Source of the DNA: Cyanobacteriota bacterium
GTDB lineage: Bacteria; Cyanobacteriota; Cyanobacteriia; PCC-6307; Cyanobiaceae
Assembly (NCBI GenBank): GCA_046052125.1
Contig: JBJOMY010000001.1
Span: 512,001-576,000 of the forward strand
Reading direction: 5' to 3'
DNA length: 64,000 nucleotides
The notes under the pieces are model-generated. The model made no database searches and was not told where the DNA came from. It was given only the letters and a program-made list of their open reading frames with translations. Positions 60,601 through 64,000 of the stretch are shown here, piece after piece. Every line of letters begins with the position of its first letter. Position 1 is the first letter of the stretch. The position numbers were made by a program, and so were the translations under genes.

Positions 60601-62658
60601 GAGGTTCTGGCCAGCAAAGTTGAGAGCACTGGCCTGATCGATCGTGAGATCAAGCCCGTCGAGATACAACCGCTTGATGGGTGTGATTGATGCCGTTGGC
60701 GCAGCGGGGGTGCTGATCTGCGCTGCGCTGGCCTGGGTCGCAACCTGCAGCTCTGTGGCCTGCTCCACCTGGGCGATGGTCTCGGCTTCTTTGTCGTCGT
60801 CTGCGGCTGTGGTGGATGGCGCTGCAGCCTCTGGCTCTGGAGCGGGGGCCGCCTGGCTGAGCGGCTCTGTAGGGCTTGGTGAGCTGGTGGTTTGAGCCGT
60901 GTTGGCCTGGTTGGCTGCCACCACCAAGCTTCCAGAGCTGGGCTGATCGGTGGAGATGGCCTCTGCGCCTTGGATCTCGCCTTTGGCTTCCACCGTGACG
61001 GTGGAGCCTTCGTTCACCGCTTGTTGGAGCGATTCAGCGCTGATCGTGCTGGTTGCTTCTGTTGGCGCTGCTGTTGCGCTCTCCTCTGTTGTTGAGGCGA
61101 TGTCTGTGCTGCTTGCTTCGGGGGTGGGTTCTTCAGGAGGGGTGTCTTCCGTTGCGGCTTCTTCTGTGGAGGTGATCGTTACCTCCTCGGGATCCAGCAA
61201 CCACTGGCCCGCTTGCCCTTTTGGTGCCGCGGTGCTGACGCGCCCTGTGACGTTGAGCAGTTTGGCGGAACTGGTTTCAACAAAACCACCATTGCCGCCA
61301 TTGGCGCCACCGCGTGCAGTGATGGTGCCGTGCATGTCGGTGCGTTCGTCACTCCAGACGATCACGCGACCGCCATCACCGTTGTCGATGGCATCGGCAC
61401 TGATCGAGCTGGCTTGATCGATCAGGACGGACTTGGCATTGAGAAGTTGAGGATTTACTCCTCGTTGATCACCACCGATTCTGATCCGGCCACCACCACG
61501 GGTGCCGCTCACGCTGAGAACCGCACCGACCAGTTCGATCTGATCACCGAGAACGTCAATCGTTCCGTCGTAGAAGCGGTTGACCTCGTCGTTGGCTTGG
61601 CCCTGGGCAAAGAGACTGCTGGGGGCCAGGCTCACGCCTTGTAGATGAACAGAAGCGTCAGCAGCGCTGACGGCGTGGTCGCGGAAGGCCGTTTTCGACG
61701 ACTCTGGCGCCTCAATGAGATGTTGCGCTTCCAGGGTGCCCTGGAGCTTCACCTGTTTGCCGGCAACCGTGATGGCTCCGGCGGGTGCACTGATCGCTTC
61801 TCCATCCAGCAACTCCTCCACGGAGTTGGCCTGAACAAGACCGCCGACGTTGACGACGGAGGTGAGTGCTCCACCGAGGTGTGACGCACCGATCCAGATG
61901 GCTCCGCCTGGAGCCTGGATCGTGCCTTGCTGATTGATCAGCGAATTGAGAACTTCATCACTCACCGCCAGAGTGATCAAGCCATCGCCATTCACATCCA
62001 GCGTGGCGCTCTGGCCGCTGGCCAGCACCACCGTGCCCATGCGGGCACTGATCAGGCCCTCGTTGCTGATGTTGGCGCCCACCAGGGCTGCCAGGCCACC
62101 TTCTGCAACGCTGATGCTGCCTTGGTTGAGGATTTGGCCTTCTGCGGGCCCGCTGGTGGGTTTCCACAGGCGCAGAGGGCCGCCCGAGAGGAACTGCTCA
62201 GGGTTGGCATCCAGCGTGGAGGCCATGAAGCTGGCCGTGTTCACGCTGCCGGAGGGTCCGATCAACAGGCCCTGCGGGTTCAGCAGGATCACCCCGCCGT
62301 TGGCCTTCAGCAGGCCATCAATTTTTGACGGCCCTAGGCCGCCAACCACCCGGCCCAGAAACAGCGACTTGGCGTCCGGCTGCTGGATGAGCACCCGCTC
62401 GTTGGCGCGGATGTTGAAGCTGTTGAAATCGACCGCCCCACGCCGCTGCTGCTGGCGGATCTGGAGGGTGGCCGGATCAGGGTTCGAGAACTCGATGCCA
62501 CCACCGCGCACGCGTGCGCCATCGGGCAGGGCGAAGCACGGCGCAGCCGAAAACGCTGCAATGGCCGCCATCGCACCCGTTTGCACCACAAGCGCAGCCG
62601 CGTCGCGGCCAGTGGGTCGGGCCTTTCCGGCCAGATCGCTTGCAGTGCCAGATGCCAC
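48658..62658 (-). CDS. giant TpsA / filamentous haemagglutinin-family exoprotein (4666 aa) with YDG repeats
   Basis: Signal ending PCFA|LP, TPS domain (FNSFNI...NPQG), two WLLDP modules, GxGTLTLTGxNT beta-strand repeats, 28 YDG-type modules; GTG start uncertain. Confidence 0.93.
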   Translation of the reverse strand: MASGTASDLAGKARPTGRDAAALVVQTGAMAAIAAFSAAPCFALPDGARVRGGGIEFSNPDPATLQIRQQQRRGAVDFNSFNIRANERVLIQQPDAKSLFLGRVVGGLGPSKIDGLLKANGGVILLNPQGLLIGPSGSVNTASFMASTLDANPEQFLSGGPLRLWKPTSGPAEGQILNQGSISVAEGGLAALVGANISNEGLISARMGTVVLASGQSATLDVNGDGLITLAVSDEVLNSLINQQGTIQAPGGAIWIGASHLGGALTSVVNVGGLVQANSVEELLDGEAISAPAGAITVAGKQVKLQGTLEAQHLIEAPESSKTAFRDHAVSAADASVHLQGVSLAPSSLFAQGQANDEVNRFYDGTIDVLGDQIELVGAVLSVSGTRGGGRIRIGGDQRGVNPQLLNAKSVLIDQASSISADAIDNGDGGRVIVWSDERTDMHGTITARGGANGGNGGFVETSSAKLLNVTGRVSTAAPKGQAGQWLLDPEEVTITSTEEAATEDTPPEEPTPEASSTDIASTTEESATAAPTEATSTISAESLQQAVNEGSTVTVEAKGEIQGAEAISTDQPSSGSLVVAANQANTAQTTSSPSPTEPLSQAAPAPEPEAAAPSTTAADDDKEAETIAQVEQATELQVATQASAAQISTPAAPTASITPIKRLYLDGLDLTIDQASALNFAGQNLVIEACSTSCNFANTGNITLSGFTGLNSLEVLAPTRIEIRGDISVAQKLNFQGNLFLAAPSIRLSAAEIEIAKPIQVALDLGQSSQLQITTSAPNLAIQVGAPQPSAAASSPALTLSGTTLEAIKAAPVSQLTIGDAAHTGSIVVHEVLQSGQNLSLISGGNIEVGKAATLSAAQSVELAGSSVDIQGVIRANDGLKGGAITVVGNAINLGSTAVVDATGATAGGLIQIGGSWQNSNPAVRQAITTTIAQGALLDASALQRGDGGTVVAWSDIQNPQSVTTVSGTLLARGGTAGGNGGRIETSGYDLKVDDIRVDTTAAAGETGLWLLDPYNITIKSATQAGVDGSFTATADSAVVDDYTLTTALNSSNVTVRTGGAGSAGTQAGDITVATNFSSSTANKLTLDAYRNIILTNNITRSGAGGLELKTTTGAVTGSGAISISAGGLTFNVGGTNLGGALTSSTHYSGVISGSGAVTMSGTGTQTLSGNNTYTGGTVLNSGIIGVYSSNALSSSGTISFRGGTLLYANSTDNSSRFNTSTGSNAYKIDIPDGRTVTWGATLTGDGSITKLGAGTLTLTGSNTNTGTTTIQAGTLQVGSNASFTWGAIGSGAVINNGTLTINRAGPLTFDQNISGTGSVVIDISGQVTLTGSNTYSGGTTIKTGNIEITAANALGTGIVNMTSALNNLNLNSSNNLTITNEIIGIGVVNQRGSGTTILEKPSYTGATNIYSGGLQINLDKDPTFESQIYFANGTGSVAFNNPSNVAATISKAITTNGTPPMSTVNIIGSGDMTFQKAITASSLTQNGTGTTTLLEANTITNTTINAGTLQLGVGESSSAGVTGSITNNANLVWNRGDSALTIGNTLGGTGSTTINTTGALTIAGSGLTGSNLTLNTASLTLNSPITATGRISITTNNPTQSTTGLSGSGKITASELMVISDGPVMPSGLNDVDKIAISTGRQITFKNEGALTVGTVGSLSGITSTERITVTTDTGDLTLSAPVKTTSTSNSLTAPALLLNAGVTASAGVAVSGDIIVAAGGSANVGSGGTGLLYSGRYANQGSSYLDALVGSTTSLVNLRFNSDEVTKNYTAPVGTGLTAIYRQDVVFVVAPLTSTVYGNLPVISENTLTYRNSNYQLVSGAALGTITGTATWQFNGAKSTSNNAVVGTSPLVYVSGLTNDLGKVLVNDPNNRFAITPKALTISGITAADKVYDGNTTATVSTAGVAANGIVTGDVVTVNATGSFTSKNVASGQTVNLTSSTGGDDAANYSITGQSTTTASITARTVTLSASKVYDGNTDLTGDVTITTGVATETLTYSGATASDSHVTTAGKTISAITLANGGGGGLAANYVLPTLNATNAPVTITAAPVTASLNNTSVSKIYDGSTSATDFVPSWQLSGLLNGDTATLSYSAAYNNANVLGASQLNLTNLALASISATSGAFSSDYQLSTSSLNLNASITPKALSISGTTAAGRAYDGTTTATITPGTLSGFVGNETVALASATGVFDSKDAGARTATATYVLANGTNGGLASNYSLAPSTGLAATITAKTVSLSASKVYNGSTDLTGAVSIATGVSGETLTYSGATASDSHVATTGKFISAISLANGSGGGLATNYVLPALDATNAAVTITAAPITASLNNTSASKIYDGTTSASGFTPSWQLSGFAAGDSATISYSAAYNNANVVGANQLNLTSLALATITGGSGTLSDYQLNTSNLSLSASITPATISAIGGLVAQNKVYNQTNTATLDTSGATFTGRISNDQLAINSYAAQFASENVSRGTGGSVQPQTVTASGFTLTGASASNYQLAQNLSVNALSANITPKPLTISGITAADKTYDGNTNAAVSTAGVTNAVLVSGGMIAGDDITVSATGSFASKDVASTPLNVNLTSSYGGADLGNYTITSQPTTTASITARTVTLSASKVYDGSTDLTGDVTITTGVNGETLSYSGATASDSHVATAGKFISAITLADGSGGGLAANYVLPTLNSTNAAVTITAAPVTAALTNSSASKIYDGTTTATSFVPSWQFSGLLTGDTAALSYSAAYNNANVVGANQLNLTGLSLSSITGGNGALSDYQLTTSSLNLNASITPKALSISGTTAAGRAYDGTTTATITPGTLSDFVGNETVTLASATGVFDGRDAGARTATATYALADGNNGGLASNYSLAPTTGLTATIAPRTVTLSASKTYNGSTDLTGAVTITTGVSGETLTYSGATASNSHVATTGKFISAISLANGSGGGLATNYVLPALDATNAAVTITAAPITATLTNSSATKIYDGSTSATDFVPSWQISGLVSGDSATLSYTAAYNNANVVGASQLNVSNLSLASITGGSGALSDYQLNTTSLSLNNATITPKALTITNSTAAGREYDGTTTAVITPGTITGFEGNQTVTLASATGVFDSKNVGARTATATYVLANGTNGELASNYSLAPTTGLTATITAKALTISGITAANKTYDGTTDAIVSTAGVTNAVLVAGGMVNGDVVTVSATGSFASKDVASTPITVNLTSSYGGADLGNYTITSQPTTTASITARTVTLSASKTYNGSTDLTGAVTITTGVIGETLSYSGATASDSHVATAGKFISAITLANGSGGELATNYVLPTLNATNAAVTITAAPITATLTNSSATKIYDGTTAANGFTPSWQLLGFASGDSATLSYSAAYNNANVVGANQLNLSSLALASISGGSGSLSDYQLNTSSLSLSASITPATISAIGGLVAQDKVYNRTNTATLDTSGATFTGRISNDQLAINSYAAQFASENVSRGAGDSVQPQTVTASGFSLTGASASNYQLAQNLSINALSASITPKALTITNSAAAGREYNGTTTAVITPGTITGFEGNQTVTLASATGVFDSKNIGARTATATYVLANGTNGELASNYSLAPTTGLTATITAKALTISGITAADKTYDGTANATVSTAGVTNAVLVAGGMVNGDVVTVSATGSFASKNVASTPLNVNLTSSYGGADVGNYAISSQPTTTASITARTVTLSASKVYDGSTDLTGDVTITTGVNGETLSYSGATASDSHVATAGKFISAITLANGSGGELATNYVLPTLNATNAAVTITAAPITAALTNASATKIYDGTTAATGFTPSWQLLGFASGDSATINYSAAYNNANVVGASQLNLSSLALASISGGSGSLSDYQLNTSSLSLSASITPATISAIGGLVAQDKVYNRTNTATLDTSGATFTGRISNDQLAIAIYSAQFASENVSRGAGGSVQPQTVTASGFTLTGTSASNYQLATNPSINALSASITPKALTITNSAAAGREYDGTTTAVITPGTITGFVGSETVALATATGVFDSKDAGARTATATYVLTDGSNGGLASNYSLAQSTGLAATIAPKTVTLSATKVYNGSTDLAGAVTIATGVSGETLTYSGATASNSHVATTGKFINAITLADGSGGGLATNYVLPTLNATNAAVTITAAPVTASLNNTSASKIYDGTTAGTGFVPNWQLSGLVSGDSATLSYGAAYNNANVVGASQLNLTSIALASITGGSGALSDYQLNTTSLSLNDATITPKALTITNSTAAGREYNGTTTATITPGTLTGFEGNQTVNLASTTGVFDSKNVGARTATATYVLADGNNGGLGSNYSLAPTTGLTATITAKALTISGITAADKTYDGTTDATVSTAGVTNAVLVSGGMIAGDDVTLDATGTFSDSDVGTAKSVTLTSTYGGTDYLNYLITDQASATASILPLPVSDTGGKPVLIADQDMSIESFVTLSSGVQSTYNTPISIEISTGEGSIAFTNLTNPAFTPIDNDVAGQGLSTIALVIVPNISEYTYDPSQIGIAAEIAYPSLNVNAEIAADGSIQLQGPNESRESQTNTQSLEAASNDETGLPQQPEPSDSSESDAALSTTSTRPETTIKSSEVILVEPDGDIRSTGDGTPRDQQTQAITPLQDLDAIGESVERPEKDVIPGFLRAVLDNFVGREKISSLIKSRLGRIATADKINENR
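49441..57027 (-). repeat. array of 28 YDG-type modules in five sequence classes
   Basis: Near-identical DNA blocks, e.g. offsets of 1371 (50871/52242), 3246 (51478/54724) and 3543 (49870/53413) nt. Confidence 0.92.
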
Positions 62659-62694
62659 TGAATTAGCCAGAATGCGATTTCAGCATACCTGGTA

Positions 62695-62710
62695 TGTATC
62701 ATCAGTTACA
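62695..62710. promoter_or_regulatory. NtcA box upstream of the giant tpsA
   Basis: TGTA-TCATCAGT-TACA (minus strand TGTAACTGATGATACA), 36 nt before the GTG start. Confidence 0.62.
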
Positions 62711-62897
62711 ACAGCTGCGCACCATTTTTGGGCCGGTTTTCTCGAGCCCACCCTGTGACTGCACGAAACGTGATCCAATGACAATTCGCGCCATAGAGGC
62801 AAGAATTTACGTATGTACTGATTAAGTCTGCAGTTTCATTAGGATTGCTCTTGCGGACCCTTCTACGCCGTGCTTGCAAGCTCTTCCAAGCAATCGA

Positions 62898-63713
62898 TTA
62901 TGGCGCCTGTGATCCTGCAAGCACGCCCTGAACGAAGTGCTTATTGCGCTTTGCAGAGTCCATTCCTGTGAGTAGCGTTGGGTGAGCAAGAACTTCAATG
63001 CTGCTCACGGCTGCATCGCTTTCCTTCTTCAGGGCATTGATCATTTTCCATAATGGAACGGCCACAACTGTGATTGATTGCTGATCAGCGCGTTCTTTCA
63101 GGATTGCCAACAGGGTAGACACGCTGAAACTGCACGGAATAAACTTTTTGCCGCTGGAGCGACGATGCACTGTCGTGCCTTTGTCCTCAGCGTAAATGGC
63201 AGGTACTGGGCAGAAGACTGGAACGTCGCTTCCGATTTCTTCAGCGGCTTCCTTGCTGCTTAGGCCCTGCTGTTGAAGCAAGCGTATCGCAGCGTCTCGT
63301 TCGGCGCTGTCTGGGATGATGCTTGCTCCAAGTGATGGAAGCTGCGCGCGATAGCTCTTCCATCTCTGCAAGAAGTAGTTCAGAGTCGTGGGCGTGAAGC
63401 GGAGTTTTCCTTCAGCCGATGGATCCGTCGATGCACGAATCGCTTCCCTCACCTCGTCCAAGCCTGTGGTAGAGACCGCTGCATAGATCTTCGGTGCAGA
63501 CGATTTGTTGGCTGGGGTAATGATGACTGGGGCACCTGTCTGATCGATCGCCGTGAGCACGAAAATTCTGTCGAGCTTCTCGTCCATGACCTCCGGTGTG
63601 GCTGCTATAGACCTCAGTGGTGCATGCGTGGCTCCCAAAACCAAGAGCAAAACTGAGCCAGCGAATTGCCTCAGCGATCTGAGTGAGGGAGCCGTTGATT
63701 GTGATCGTTGCAT
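62898..63713 (-). CDS. Tic22-like periplasmic protein (second paralog)
   Basis: Signal peptide; KLDRIFVLTAIDQTGAPVI; IIPD...AIRLLQQQG...VPVF; ITVVAVPL..MI..L. Confidence 0.68.
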   Translation of the reverse strand: MQRSQSTAPSLRSLRQFAGSVLLLVLGATHAPLRSIAATPEVMDEKLDRIFVLTAIDQTGAPVIITPANKSSAPKIYAAVSTTGLDEVREAIRASTDPSAEGKLRFTPTTLNYFLQRWKSYRAQLPSLGASIIPDSAERDAAIRLLQQQGLSSKEAAEEIGSDVPVFCPVPAIYAEDKGTTVHRRSSGKKFIPCSFSVSTLLAILKERADQQSITVVAVPLWKMINALKKESDAAVSSIEVLAHPTLLTGMDSAKRNKHFVQGVLAGSQAP

Positions 63714-63718
63714 GGCCG

Positions 63719-64000
63719 TTAATCCCCCTTGGTGCCCTTATCGGCTCTGGCGATGCGCCCGAGCTGTGTCTTGAAGAAGCGTGAAACCTGCATTCGGGTT
63801 GTCAAGCTATTGCGCATCGCCCTGAGGAAGCTGGGAACCACATTCTGATCAGGGCGTTCATTGGAGTTGCGAATGGCATCCTGTTCCTGCAGCGGGGTTA
63901 CATCCCGACCCGGCTCATTGTTGGGTGTGCCATCACCTGTGCTCTTGATCTCACCGTCTGGCTCAACAAGAATCACTTGGCTGCTGTCGATGGCGGGTTC
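63719..64000 (-). CDS. 3' end of a second TpsA-like protein (continues beyond the window)
   Basis: Frame open to the window edge; VILVEPDGEIKSTGDGTP...TPLQ..DAI..S.ERP...V.P.FLRA...LGRIA.ADK aligns with the C-terminus of the 4666-aa protein. Confidence 0.8.
   Translation of the reverse strand, partial: EPAIDSSQVILVEPDGEIKSTGDGTPNNEPGRDVTPLQEQDAIRNSNERPDQNVVPSFLRAMRNSLTTRMQVSRFFKTQLGRIARADKGTKGD

Noticed and set aside
62658..62686. Possible frameshifted ATG start (ATG CTG AAA TCG...) that would give MLNRILANSV after a 1-nt deletion
   Set aside because: Only an A3 run; the in-frame GTG already gives a plausible signal peptide, and the region overlaps the putative NtcA promoter

Overview
GC-rich picocyanobacterial chromosome segment (Cyanobium/Synechococcus-like, inferred from a phycobilisome linker, CGLD27, DUF3318, cbiX and an RpaB-like regulator). 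Bases 1-41,300 are mostly core or semi-core genes: a substrate-binding-protein/c-di-GMP phosphodiesterase cluster, pyrC, a phycobilisome rod linker, OprB porin, PGM1-like ATP-grasp ligase, a GST/ArsR/gor redox module, carB-DUF3318-rsfS-CGLD27-asparaginase, initiator tRNA-Met, GMC oxidoreductase, cbiX, LysR and OmpR regulators, and MlaE/MlaD. A defective IS3 element (41379-42668) truncates a response regulator and carries a 24-nt hairpin micro-insertion. From about 43,700 to the end lies a visibly more AT-rich island encoding an unusual two-partner secretion (type Vb) locus. It contains a 4666-aa TpsA (duplicated WLLDP pro-region, 28 YDG-type modules of five classes), a TpsB, the C-terminus of a second protein with the same tail, two paralogous small DUF6447-like proteins flanking tpsB, and two divergent Tic22-like proteins with a shared Cys pair. 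A perfect NtcA box sits just upstream of the giant gene. This TPS + Tic22-like + DUF6447-like locus is the best candidate for an undescribed system. All family assignments come from recognising motifs by eye; no database searches were run.
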